Positions 48,495-60,678 of a stretch of DNA of 64,000 nt are shown in pieces. This stretch comes from Narcine bancroftii (lineage: Eukaryota): the NCBI RefSeq assembly GCF_036971445.1, contig NC_091469.1, forward strand, positions 292,826,001 to 292,890,000, given 5' to 3'. The notes under the pieces were generated by a model. The model saw only the letters and a list, made by a program, of their open reading frames with translations, was not told the origin of the DNA and searched no databases. Both the position numbers and the translations under genes were made by a program. Numbering within the stretch: position 1 is the first letter of the stretch; each line of letters opens with the position of its first letter.

Positions 48495-48940
48495 AACCAC
48501 ATAACCATATAACAATTTACAGTACTGAAACAGGCCATATCGGCCCTTCTAGTCCGCACTGATTTATGCGAAACTCCACTAGTTCCACCTACCCACTCCT
48601 ATGCCCATAACCCTCCATCCCCCTCACATCCATGTACTCATCTAGCCTCCTCTTAAATGACAGAATTGACCCTGCCACAACTACCTCTTCCAGAAGATCA
48701 TTCCACTCAGCCACCACTCTCTGAGTGAAGAAGCTTCCTCTTATATTACTCCTAAAGTTTTGTGCCCTAACCCTTAACTTATGACTCCTTGTTCCAATCT
48801 CCCCTACCCTCAGGGGAAAGAGCTTATTCACATCTACTCTATCTATTCCCTTCATAATTTTAAATACCTCTATTAAATCCCCCTCAACCTTCTACGCCCC
48901 AGTGAATAAAGTCCCAGTCTACTCAATCTTTCTCCGTATA
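48495..48940 (-). mobile_element. CR1 3' end
   Basis: MKGIDRVDVNKLFPLRVGE..TRSHKL..FFTQRVVAEWNDL (ORF 48589..48855); tandem tail. Confidence 0.9.
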
Positions 48941-49129
48941 AGCCACTTTCTCTCCCTAGCGTCGTTTGATGTCACGGTGGTGGCTGGTGCTACTGCATTA
49001 CTTGGCTCATCTCCTTGAGCAGGCGATAATGTGGGTTTTGAGCCGAAAAAACTCCAGAGACACACCCTTCCCCAATCAATTCTCACCTTTCCTCTCCTGA
49101 CTTCCTATCCATGTCCAATTATCACATTT

Positions 49130-49600
49130 TCAGGTTTCAGATTTATTGTACATGCGAGCGTGGAAGAATTACAGTAGTGCAAAAAATAGAGTGTACACTG
49201 TGTAAACATGTAAACAAAAAAAACTAAACATAACGAATGTGAACAAACTAACTGTTAAATACAGAGAGAACAAAAGAAAATCAATAAAGGGCATAAATAA
49301 GAGTCCTTAAACGAGTCCCTGATTGAGTTTGTTGTTGAGGAGTCTGATGGTGGAGGGGGAGCAGCTGTTCCTGAACCTGGTGGAGTGAGTCTTATGGCAT
49401 TTCTACCTCTTTCCTGATGCCAACAGTGAGAACAGAGTGTGTGTTGGGTGACGTTGATCCTTGATGATCGCTGCTGCTCTCCGACGGCAGCATTCCCTGT
49501 AGATGTACTCAATCGTGGGGAGAATTTTGCCGGCAATTCCTCAGGCTGTGACCATTGCTTTTTGGAGGGCTTTACTCTGAGGGGTATTGGCATTCCCAGA
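49130..49600 (-). mobile_element. Rex1/Babar 3' fragment
   Basis: Reverse complement of the same 3' sequence as 9205-9757. Confidence 0.85.
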
Positions 49601-49815
49601 CCAGTTTTTCTTTTGGCCTTTCCTCCTCTCCCTGCCCTTCCTTCCCTTCACCCCAGCCTTTTAATTCAGGTGCCTGTCTGCTTTTTACTCATACCTTGAA
49701 GGAGGGCTCAGGCACGAAACGTTGGTTATATTGTATACCTTTACCTCCTGCTGAATTCCTCTGGCATTTTTTGTGTCTTTGGTACAATCACAGCATCTGC
49801 AGACTTTCATGTTTT

Positions 49816-50916
49816 TTTTGACTATTTTGTTTAAAATCAACACATATATAACAGCAATTAATAAATCACGAATCACAATAATACAGAGTTTACAAATATA
49901 TGCTGATTAAAGTTTAAGAAAAGAAAGAAAAATATAAACTCCCCCAACTAATCCCTTCCCCCCCTCCCTAATCCTTACTAACCCTACAACCTAAATCTAA
50001 AATACATGATTACACAGCTATATATTGATTTGGATGCTTCGGAGGACACCCCAGGAGCTCAAAGAAAAAATGTTTCTAATAATACCCTTACTAATTTCCA
50101 GGAAAAACTTCACCAGTTTGAACTCAAAGAAACTATTTATAATTTTAATCCCATTATGGGCATATGGGCTCTAAACTTGTCAAAATACAGAATATTTACC
50201 TCTCTAATTATATGTAATTTTTTTCTAACTTTGAATCTCTGTGTGCCATCTTCCTAATGTTAATGAATCGTCTGATTTCCAGGTAACAGCAATACATTTC
50301 CTTGCTATCAGCAAAACTAATTTGACAAATTTCAATTGAAAATCTGATAAAGATAGTTTAGGAGTTATATTCTCAAAATTTCCCATCAACAATAATTCAG
50401 GATTTAACAGAAAAAACAACACCCGTAACTCGCTGTAAAAACTTACCAATGGAAATCCAAAAAGGTTTAACCTTTGGACAAGACCAAATTAACAAAAGTT
50501 CCAACTTCCTTTCTACATCTAAAACATTGATCTGATGTAACCGATTTCCATCTATTCAATTTCGGAGGCATAATATACAATTAATTGATGTAAAAAGTTA
50601 TAATGATCTATATCTTACATTAATTGCATTGGACACAACTTCCTTACATAAATCTTGCCAAACCTGATGATCTATTGATATATTTAAATCTTGTTTTCAT
50701 CTTTCCTTTGACTTAAACAAGTCTAATTTAGGTGCTTTTTCTTGTAACATCATATATGCAGTTGAGATCAGTTTTTTAGCCATTCCATCAACAATTAACT
50801 CTTCTAAATCTGTTGGATCTTTTAAAATCCTAATTTCTCTTTTAAATAAGCTCTTAATTGAAAATAACAAAAAAGTGTATTGCAAGGAATATCATACTTA
50901 ATTTTTAATTGATTAA
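49816..50916 (-). mobile_element. 5'-truncated L1-clade LINE with 15-bp TSD
   Basis: ORF2 C-terminus (SDQCFRCRKEVGTF, WSCPKVKPFW, LLIARKCIAVTWKS); TSD agactttcatgtttt at 49801-49815 and 50917-50931; TTTT/A target. Confidence 0.85.
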
Positions 50917-51474
50917 AGACTTTCATGTTTTACAATATCTGAATGCTTATTTTCTCTTAGAATATATTTTATCACTACTATTTTATGGTACTCTTACCAT
51001 ATTTAATTCAATCCAACATAAATAAACAGTATAACAAAACTGAATGGCTAAATCTGAATTAATTTTGACATAAAATATCCTACTTTAAAAGTTTTTGGAT
51101 TTGACTTACTAAAGGTTAAGGCAAACATCCACAAAATTACAAAGATAAAGTTTATTTTTTAATTTAGAGATGCAGCTCCATTACAGCTCCTCTCAGCCCA
51201 CGAGCCCACGCTGCCCACATACACCCATGTGCCTATAACCTACTAACCCTGTGCATCTCTGGAATTTTTAATTTGCATTCGGGGATGCTGCAGAGGAATT
51301 TCACCAGGTTGATTTTGCAAATGACCAAGGACACATGGTGTCTCTGAAGGGACTCTCTTTTGCTTCTCTTTCTCTTATCGTTGGGGGTGTCTGGCTTTGC
51401 TAGTGGCACCTCTTTGTGTGCAGGGTAAAAATTTGTTGAATTTTCTGTATTAGTACATGGCAATAAAGGAATCT

Positions 51475-52170
51475 TGAACCCATAGCTTATAAGGAGAGAT
51501 TAAGTAGCCTGTAATTATATTCAGTGAATTTTAAAAGGAGGATCTTAAAGAAATACATGTTATAAAAGGAATAGATCATAATAGCAGGGAGGTAGTTTTC
51601 TCTGATAGGTGAGACTAGAACTAGGGGAGATCTTAAGGTTTAGGGGAGTAGATTAAGGCAGAGATGAGTAGGAACTTCTTCACCCAGAGGGGAGTGAACT
51701 TGTGGAATTCTCTACTCAAGGTAGCAATGGAGGTTACTCCGATGAAGGGTTCAGGCCCAAAATGTTGGTTTCCCTTTACTTCCTATAGATGGTGAGTTTC
51801 TTCAGCTCGTCATATGAATTCATCATAGCTGGGATCCGACGCAGGCAGCATATTCTCTCTCTCTCCATTTTCAGCTCTGCTGTGTATTGCATCAGCAGAC
51901 TTTCCTCATTGAGCGAAGAGGAGTAGAACATGGAAGTCTGCAGACACCATGATTGAACCTGCAGGTTTGACCTGCTGAGTTTCTCCAGGGTTGTGAAGGT
52001 CCTTAAGACAGTGATGGATAGGATTTTGAGTAGCACGGGAATGAAGGGTTGTGGGGAACAGTCAAGTACATGGAGCTGAGTCCACAGCCAAATCTACCAT
52101 GATCTTTTTGAATGGCAGAGCAGGCTTATTGGGCCAGATGGCCATCTGTTGCTCCCATTTCATATGTTTT
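51475..52170 (+). mobile_element. CR1 3' end interrupted by Penelope-pLTR-derived pieces (~51738-51990)
   Basis: SYKERLSSL..GETRTRG..NFFTQRGVNLWNSL; resumes near 51990 with 3' UTR. Confidence 0.75.
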
Positions 52171-52229
52171 TACATCAACAGCCATCAATATTCTACCTTC
52201 TGTTAAAACCCACATGGATAGTATTGTGT

Positions 52230-52575
52230 CAAACATACTGGAATGCCATGATGGTCCTGTAGCCTATTAATCAAAGCAAGGGATGCGATTTTAAAACCCA
52301 CCACATCAATTAGGGAATTAAATATAATTAAACAAGTCCAGAATTGTGATGTTTTTGCCAAAATCCAGCAGGTTCACTGATGCCCTTCAGGATGGCAAAT
52401 TCACCATTCTTTGCTGGTCTCATCTATATTTGACTCCAGACCCACAGTAATGTTTGTTAATTCTTACCTACCCTCTGAAATGACCAGCAAACCACTCAGT
52501 TCAGGTGCAATTGCAAATAAACAGTGACCTCGCCTGAAATGCTCACATACTGTGAGCGGATAAATACTAAAAAAA
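52230..52575 (+). mobile_element. Ancient SINE-like element common in elasmobranchs
   Basis: ggttcactgatgcccttcagg...tgactccagacccacag...ccctctgaaatg...ccactcagttc; reverse fragments near 10590, 24180 and 35420. Confidence 0.5.
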
Positions 52576-53184
52576 GAAAGTGTATTTTCAAATTTATGCT
52601 CATTGCCAAAATAAATCTGAGTTCTGCCTTGGCTTCTTTGGTTGGATTGCTTTGTACAAACTTGCAATTTCGACTGAAAATTCATCAGATTTGGATTGTA
52701 CTAATTTTACTCATGCCAGTCATTGAATGTTGCCAATTCATGCATTGTAGGTGGAATTTGTGGATCTGGAGTTGTTTCAAAATCTAACTCCCTGCATCTC
52801 ATCATAACAATTGTGCCTGAAAGCAAGGAGATGATTATCATGCATTGGTGTCTACATTATTCATTTAAAGTCCTAATTTGTTTAGATTTATTGCCAGAGT
52901 TCATGCATGACATCACATACAACCCTGAGATTCTTTTTCCTACAGGCCAGTCGGAATGTCGACTTACCGGTGGTGCAAAGTAAAGATACGTATACAAAGC
53001 ACCAATCATTACGCAATCCCGCCCACTTCCATTAAGCTAATTACAAGATCTTGATTCTGATTTGAATTTACAACAGGACATTTGATATTCTTTACTTAAT
53101 AAACCATATCCATAATCTATTTGGATATATCATTACCCAATTCTTTTTCCGAATGGTATGGATCACTTGATGGAAATGATTGAG

Positions 53185-53432
53185 GGCCAGCACAGTTGAT
53201 GTAGGGGGTTACCACAATGCTAGTACGGCACCAGCAGCCTGGGTTTGAATCAAGCACTGTCTGTAAGGAGTTTGTACATTCTCCCCGTGACTTGCATTGA
53301 GTCTCTCCAGACGCTCCAATTTCCTCCCATCCTTCAGAGGCGTGTGGGTTTGTAGTTCAATTGATGTACTTGGACAGCATGGGCTCGAGGTCCAGAAGGG
53401 CCTGTCACCATATTACCTGTCTAAAGTTAAAT
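53185..53432 (+). mobile_element. V-SINE
   Basis: gggtttgaatc, ctgtaaggagtttgtacattctccccgtg, tail. Confidence 0.8.
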
Positions 53433-53864
53433 TCCACAGGGACTGTGTTATTGAAGCAGCCTTGATTTTTGTGAGCCAAGTCAATGAGCATGGGCAAGCC
53501 AGCCCACTGGAAGAGGATCAATCATCTCCCTCTCTATCTGTAGCTGCAGAGGTGATTAGATAGAATGGGAAATTCAAAGGTTTGCTCCTTCCTAGTCCAG
53601 ATAGTCAAAGTTGAAGAATGCATCAACTGTGGCTCAGCTTGTAACAGTCTCACCTCTGAGCCAAAGGTTTGGAGGTTCAAGCACCGAAAAACCCTTGAAA
53701 CCCTAATCTGTGCAGGGAGCACCACAATGTCGGAGATACTCCCTTTCCCCAATATTTCCAAAGCAGGTTAGCCCCATGATATCATGTCAGAGTTCATGGG
53801 CACTTGCCAGGTGCAAATTGGCTGCAGTGTTCCTACTCCACATAATTGATTCTATAAATTTAAA

Positions 53865-54080
53865 CTGAAATTTAGAGTTACAGGCCAGTTACAAGCTCTT
53901 GAGACCCACGAGCCGCTGCCACCCAAAATATCCCAATCCTATATTTTTTTTTATTGGAAAGGTGGGAGGAAACCGGAGAACCTGGAGGAAACCCACGCAG
54001 ACATGGGGAGAACGTATAAACTCCTTTCAGGTAGCCCGGATTTGAACCCACTGTACTAATGTTCTGCTAACCATGCCACT
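53865..54080 (-). mobile_element. V-SINE
   Basis: gtgggaggaaaccggagaacctggaggaaacccacgcagacatggggagaacg. Confidence 0.85.
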
Positions 54081-54893
54081 CCCAATGAAGTGTCATATAT
54101 ATCATGCCAATGAAGTGCATTGCCACACCAGCATTCTCCCGGATGAGCAGAGAAGGGGCCCCAAACATAAGGACTTGGTTTGTCCCTGGTGATCACTGCT
54201 GAACATGTTAGATGTCACTGGCAAGTACATTCCAATGTCCTCCCTTTCTGTATCAGTCATCTCTTTCAGTGCAAGAATACAAAGGGATCACAGTCTGTAT
54301 GTTGAAAAAGTGGTTTAGGATGCTTGGCATAAATGGAATGCATTAAGAATTAAGAATGCGTTAAGGGAATATGCCTTCTTTCTCCCCAGCAAACTATAAA
54401 GTTTGAGAAGTATATCTGAGTTGCAATAGGGATTATTGGAAATGTGCAGAGAAAATGAATTCATCATAGCTGGGATATGACTGAGGCTGCACATTTTCTC
54501 TCTCTCTCTCTCTCCATTTTCACATTTATACCGACAATGTAACTAATGTGTTATCGAAAGAGGCATTTGTCTAAATAATGGCAGAATATTTCACAGGAGT
54601 TAGGCCCCAAACGCTGCAACTTAAAATCTGTTGTATTTGCCTGCTTTAATTTACAGGCCTTTTACCCTTTGCCAGGCAAAAGAACAGATAATTCAAATCC
54701 AAGTTAGAATGTGCCTTTTGTAACAAAGGATCACCTGTGAAAGGTATTCATTTTGCAAGTGTCGAAGTGAATCCCAATTTTATAGACTTGAATAAACTTG
54801 AGCAAACTTCCCACTTTGGTCATCTTAATCCAAGAAAGGGAAAAGTTGTTTTACTATTAACATGTTTCACATTCTTTTGAGACCAACCCATTA

Positions 54894-55224
54894 CAGGTAC
54901 ACAATTCTTTATCCGGACATCTAAAATCCAGAAAGCTCCAAAAACCAGCATTTTTTTCTTGGTGCTGGTACAGTGGAGGAAGAGAGAAAGAAAGAGGTTG
55001 GGTGGGCGGGAGGGGTGGGGGGGGGTGGAGAGATGGCAGTGTGACTCGGGTGGGCGGGGTGGAGAGAGACGACAGCACGACTCGGGCAGGTGGGAGGTGG
55101 GGGAAGAGAGACGGCAGCACAATTCGGGTGGCCTTAAATCTGGGGCAGCCAGCTTTTGTTCTGAAATCCAGAAAAATCTGAAATTCGGAACCCCAAGGGT
55201 TCCGGATAAAGGATTGTGTACCTG
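54894..55224. mobile_element. Tigger-like MITE
   Basis: TA|caggtacacaattctttatccgga...tccggataaaggattgtgtacctg|TA (24-bp TIR). Confidence 0.9.
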
Positions 55225-55539
55225 TATTATTCAAATGTTACCACCGAGATAAGGTTGGAGACATGGTAGTCAAGTAGCCACAGCAAGATCTCACCATATC
55301 ATCAATCAGATAAATTGCTTATGGCCACGTTGATTTTGAGGTTAGTAGAGTCCAGGAAACCAGGGGAAATTTCTTAGATTCTCTTCTTTAATACTGCTGC
55401 AGAATCTTTCATTTGCATCCAAACTGTCAATTTGACTTCTCACTACCTCTAACACAACAACATTGGATTTTTCAATTTCAGGTATCTCACAGCGACAGTC
55501 TTCTCCTCCCATACGCATGAGCCTGTCCAGCTTTGTTTT

Positions 55540-56240
55540 TTCCTTTAATTTTAGAGATACAATACAGTAACAGGCCCTTTGGCCTGCATGTCCAAGCCAC
55601 CCAAGTACACCCACATGACCTACTGACCCCCTATGTCTTTCGAGGAACCTGGAGCACCTGGAGGAAACCTATAAATACAAGTGAGAATGTGCAAACTGCT
55701 TAGAGACAGCAGTGGATTTGAACCCGGGTCGTTGCCGCTGTAATTCTAGCAACCCATCCCATGGGATGATGATGGGTTCTATCAGTCGGTTTGATACCCC
55801 ACTCATCAGAAAGGATCAGCATGTGCGTGAATGGATTTAGGTGAGTAGGGGGTGTTGCACAGGTCTAGATCCACCCTCTCGACATCCCATCCCAAATCCA
55901 GCAGCGGCTTGGTGAGGTCCAAGATGGCTGCGGAGGGGGGGATGTTCTGTTGCAGTGAATGTCCAAACCAAACTTCGATGCAAGGGATGACCTTTCCGTG
56001 CTTCACGGCACGTTGACAGCCGTTGACCCTACGAGAGCACTCGTCCGCCCTTTGACAGGTCTTGTTTTTCATCCTGCAGGGTGTCTAGCCACCCTCCGCA
56101 CCAGGCAAGCCTGGTGGAGGAGCCGGTTTCATCACTGATCACCTGACCATGTGACAGGTAGTACTGGGTTACATGGTACCAGTAGCACTCTGACCAGTGA
56201 CTTGACCTGTAATAGTGTTGTGCTAACCACTATACTGTGT
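55540..56240 (-). mobile_element. V-SINE split by the insertion at 55745-56206
   Basis: ...gatttgaacccgggtcgttgccgctgtaat | insert | ctgtaatagtgttgtgctaaccac. Confidence 0.8.
55745..56206 (-). mobile_element. Non-autonomous element, probably an internally deleted RTE (5' UTR fused to a short 3' tail)
   Basis: TSD ctgtaat (55738-55744 / 56207-56213); GC-rich hairpin-forming body with no real ORF; resembles RTE 5' UTRs from recall, not from a search. Confidence 0.55.
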
Positions 56241-57823
56241 CTCCCATTCTTCTCCCATTATTCATTCCTCCCATTCCTTTCTCCCACCTGATTCCATCGA
56301 CCCATCATCCCATCCCTGGGTTTTGTCTACCGCCCACTGAACTTACTGCTACATACTGGCCTGTCCCCTCTCAATTTTGATGCAGGATCTCGACCCGAAA
56401 CATTAAACCACACCTTCTGACTCCACAGATTCCGCTTGACCTGCTGAGTTCTTCCAGCATTCTGTTCTTGTCCCAGTATCCGTTTCCAAAAGCTGTGACC
56501 TGGTACATCTTTCCGATTCAGAAATGCCTGTCCACCTCCTGACCCACGGCATGAGAGTAGACATGGGAGCTATTTCTTGTACCAGAAGAAGAGGCAAGCA
56601 TGAATCCGAACCTGGAAGACTAATTGTGATTCATATTAGGCCCAAAACTGAGAGGGTGAGGTTTTCCTGTCTTGGGTAGATTCACCATGAGAGGCACTGG
56701 AACATTATCCATCTGGGATGAAATATTCTTCCCTCATCTGACCGAGGAACTGAGTTGATTCGTGGTTTGGTCTTTTTGACTCACTCCCCAAGTTGTGAAT
56801 TGAGCAAGAAGAGAGAAAATTGAATGTGGAACTTGGTACAATCTCGATGCTCAAACGAGAACACAATGCTTCTTTAACTATGGGTTGGTACTTAAATTTT
56901 TTCCTCATCCAAAGTCCGAACAATTTACATCAGTCAAATGCCAATTGAACTGCATGAAGACAGTACAATGCCCATTTTTTAAAAACATTAACAACAAGGA
57001 ATGTTGCATAAATATTAGACAATTGGTCCTTCAGTGTATGAATTGGTGTATGAATCTCACCAACAGCTGGTTATGTCAATGAGATCATTTTTGAAACAAG
57101 TTTGTATTTTAAAGCCAATCTGTCAGCAACTGTAATGAGCATGCAGCTTAACCCATTCAGTGCCATGCTCTGAATAGTTGATGTCACTGATGTGCTTAGT
57201 ATCCTTGTTAAGCATGTTTCTATGTCAGGATTTGGCCACCCTGACCAGAATCCTTGGAATTAATAGCATAAGAAGTAGAAGCAGCAGTGTTCATGGAGTC
57301 ATGGAGCGAGAGAGTGTGGAAAAAGGCCCATCAGCCCATCTCATCCATGCTGACCAACTTGCCTATCTAAATGAGTCCATTTGCCTGCACTTGGCACATA
57401 TCCCCAAAATGTTTTTATTGTCTCACCTATTTATTGAACAGTAATATTTATTTATTCTAATATTTGTATATAAGTACTGTGTATACAGTATGTATTGTTT
57501 GTGTGTTAGGTCTGCATGTGTTGCACTGGGATTGTTTCGTCAGGTTGTGCTTGTACAATCGGATGATAAATAAACTTTTAAATGCCATAATTATGCCCAG
57601 CTCTTCCACTTCATCTGGCAGCCTGTTCCATTTACTCAATATTCTCTGTATGGAGAAAGTTTCCCCTCAGGTCCTTTTTAAATCATTACCCTCTCAACTT
57701 AAACCCATCCCTTCGAGTTCAAGTATCTCTCTGGTCGATCTTGTCCATCAACTCTATTTTTCCATCAATCTTCCCTCAATCCTCCAGTAACAACCTTGAA
57801 TGCCCTTTAGTGACTGACCTCCC

Positions 57824-58041
57824 TGTGGTGAATCTCTGCTAACTTGCCTGTCTCCCCTCTGGTGAGCCTTGCTGTACTAACATTGGCTGTGCATTATCTC
57901 TACCATTAAAGACACTCCCCTTGGGTATAACTGTGTATGTACCCATTGTCTTTCATTATTGTACCATAAGTTTCTGCTAATAAAAGCCATGAATATTGTT
58001 TGACCGCATCGTCTTTGTCTACTTCATCAACTTGCACTTCA
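57824..58041 (+). mobile_element. Solo LTR
   Basis: TG...CA termini, aataaa near 57979, perfect 5-bp TSD ctccc. Confidence 0.75.
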
Positions 58042-58999
58042 CTCCCAAAACAAATGAGCTGTATAATCCCTCAGGTCTAAATGATCCCCCCCCACCCTCC
58101 CCATCCTGAGACAGTGCTTCTTGGTTTCAGATTCTCCAGCCTCTTTAGCAAAGCATCTCCATTGTGCTCTGAATCGTCCCATCCTTTATTATTATCCCTC
58201 AAACAAATTAACAGGGCAGCAGTAGGGGAGGTAGGAGGAGGAGGAGGAGAGGGGTGGTGGGAGTGGGAGCCTAGTGAGAGGTCAAAAAGCCCTCGACTGC
58301 AAAGGGCAGTTTCTCTTTTTGCCATCGTCTCCTTTCTCCTTGGCCTCGCATTACTGGAAGTGCCCACACGCTGTCTACAAAGGTTATAACCAACAGAGAA
58401 AGCAAGGTTTCTTTTAAATCCCTGTGCAGACAGAAACATATGGTGCGGGTCGGAATGCTGATTGTAAAAGACAGCAGCAGAAAGCTGGAAAAGTGCCTTT
58501 TTGCACCACATGAAATGATCCCTCAGCAGACCCGCCTCGGTGAGCGAGTGGGCTCTCACCCCACCTCCTGCCACCGAGCCAGCCCTCCTCCCATCCCCAC
58601 TGGCCTAAGGATTTGCAGACCAACGTCGGTAAGCTGAATCCCCAACCTTTTGCCACCCACACCAATGGCCGTTGTTCCTTCACCTCCGCCTACACACTCT
58701 CAAGGAATTCAGACAGAAGGGAAGGGAGCCACCAACCTCATTTTGTGGCTGCCAGCTATACTCTTGTCCATCCTCAAAGGTTTCTGGCCCATCTTCCAAA
58801 AAGCACCCTCCGCAAAGACCAATGCTTATTTTGCAAACTTTATTTTAAAGAATCATTCCAATAAAAACACAGATATGGAATTTTTACCTCAATTTGACTT
58901 GGATTGATTACAAAGCTGCCTACCTGTAAAATGTATGCCTGCTCAGCCCAGGGCTGAGGTGAGCAGACCATTATGAAAGGAACATTGAGCTCAAAACCA

Positions 59000-59420
59000 A
59001 ATGCTGGGGGAACTCCATGCATTCTGCTGGGAAACTCCATGCATTCTGCTAAGGAAACTCCATGCATTCTGCTGGGGAAATTCAATGCATTCTGCTGGGG
59101 GAGCTCCATGCATTCTGCTGGGAAAACTCCATGTATTCTGCTGGGGAAGCTCAATGCATTATGCTGGGGGAGATCCATACATTCTGCTGGGGAAACTCCA
59201 TGCATTCTGCTAGGGAAACCATGCATTCTGCTGGGGAAGCTCCATGCATCTGTTGGGGGACTCTATTTATTTTGCTGGGGAAACTCCATGCATTCTGCTG
59301 GGGGAACTCCATGCATTCTGCTTGGGAAACTCCATGCATTCTGCTGGGGGAGCTCCATGCATTCTGCTGGGGGAAACCTATGCATTCTGCTGGGGAAACT
59401 CCATGCATTCTGCTGAGGGG
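59000..59420 (+). repeat. Minisatellite, 21-24 bp unit tgctggggaaactccatgcattc, about 18 copies
   Basis: Directly visible; produces the repetitive ORFs at 58840-59529. Confidence 0.95.
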
Positions 59421-59679
59421 ACTCAGTGGGTTGAGCAGCATCAGTGGGAGAAAAAGAGAATGGCCAATATTGTGGCATGAACCCTTCATCAGGACCGAGA
59501 GCTGATATCATGAGGACAGGTTCCAGCATCTACAGTCTTTTATGTGTCTGATGATGGAACTCAGCAGGTCAAGTAGTATCTCTGGACACAAAATGACAGT
59601 CAACGTGTCAAGTCAAGGCCACATAATCTTGATCCAAAGCATCGATCATCCCCTTGCCTCTATGGATGCTGTCTTACAA

Positions 59680-60045
59680 AGAGTACAAGTCTGAGCACAG
59701 TATAAGCCATTCGGCCCACGATGTGTGCTGAACTATATTTTTTAAACCTACTCAACACTCTAAACCTTCCACACCCCATACCCTAGATCCTCTATTGATC
59801 TTGCATTTATGTGCCTACTAATCCCCTATGGTACCATCTTCCATCACCACCCCTGGCAGCTCCAGGCACCCACTAACTTACCCCTGAGGTCTTTGCTGAA
59901 GTTTCCTCCCCTCTCCTTAAACAGATGTCCTCTGGTATATGCTTCCATCTCCTGGGAGAAAGGTGCTGACTGTCTATCCTATCTATGCCTCTCATAATTT
60001 TGTAGACCTCTATTAAGTCAGCTCTCATCCTTCTTCACTCCAACG
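59680..60045 (-). mobile_element. CR1 3' end
   Basis: gccattcggcccacg...ctatcctatctatgcctctcataattttgtagacctctattaagtc. Confidence 0.8.
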
Positions 60046-60049
60046 AGAG

Positions 60050-60678
60050 GATTTTGGCTGGTTTCATCACTGTCTGGAGATGCCAACGTCAGGGCAAGAT
60101 AAAACTCCAGAGGGTTGTTAACTCAGTCTGTGACATCAAAGTCTCCAGACTTCACTCCATCGAGGACATCTACAAGAGCCAGTGCTTTAAGAAAGCAGCC
60201 CCTACTTTCAAAGATCCCCACCACTCAGGCCACGAGTCCATGCCACCCAATTAACCTACACCCTGGTACATTTCAAATGGTGGGAGGAAACCGGTGCCCC
60301 CTGGGGAAAATCCATGGAAACACGGGTACAAAGTACAAACTCCTTACAGATGGCGCGGAACCCTGGTCCCGATCATTGGCGCTGTAAAGGCTTTGCACTT
60401 ACCGCTACGCCAACTGTACCTTCACTCTGCTGCCCATCAGTAAGGAGGTACAGGAGCCTGAAGATGAACACCAGTGGCACAAGGACAGCGTCTTCCCCTT
60501 TGCCATCTGAATGGACAATGAGCCACAGACGGGACCTCACTTTCTCCTCTTTCATTGTACTATTTACTTATTTTTGAAAATGTGATTTAGAGGAATATTT
60601 GCACTGCAACGCTGCCACAAAACAACAAATTTCGTGACATGTTCATGGTAATAAATGTTGATTCTTGGGATTCTGATT
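60050..60678 (+). mobile_element. Rex1/Babar 3' end with nested SINE (~60233-60420)
   Basis: ILAGFITVW..KLQRVVNS..FKDPHHSGH; LPSVRRYRSLK; tail aataaatgttgattcttg. Confidence 0.8.

Noticed and set aside
55770-55815. CUGAUGA on the minus strand as a hammerhead core
   Set aside because: No GAAA after a closing stem II, so the core cannot be completed.
59000-59420. CRISPR-like appearance of short repeats (also 63903-64000)
   Set aside because: Units are directly adjacent with no unique spacers, there are no cas genes, and the context is a vertebrate genome.
58840-59529. Many overlapping Cys/Trp/His-rich ORFs on both strands
   Set aside because: Translations of the 21-24 bp minisatellite; variable unit length shifts frames, so they are not coding.
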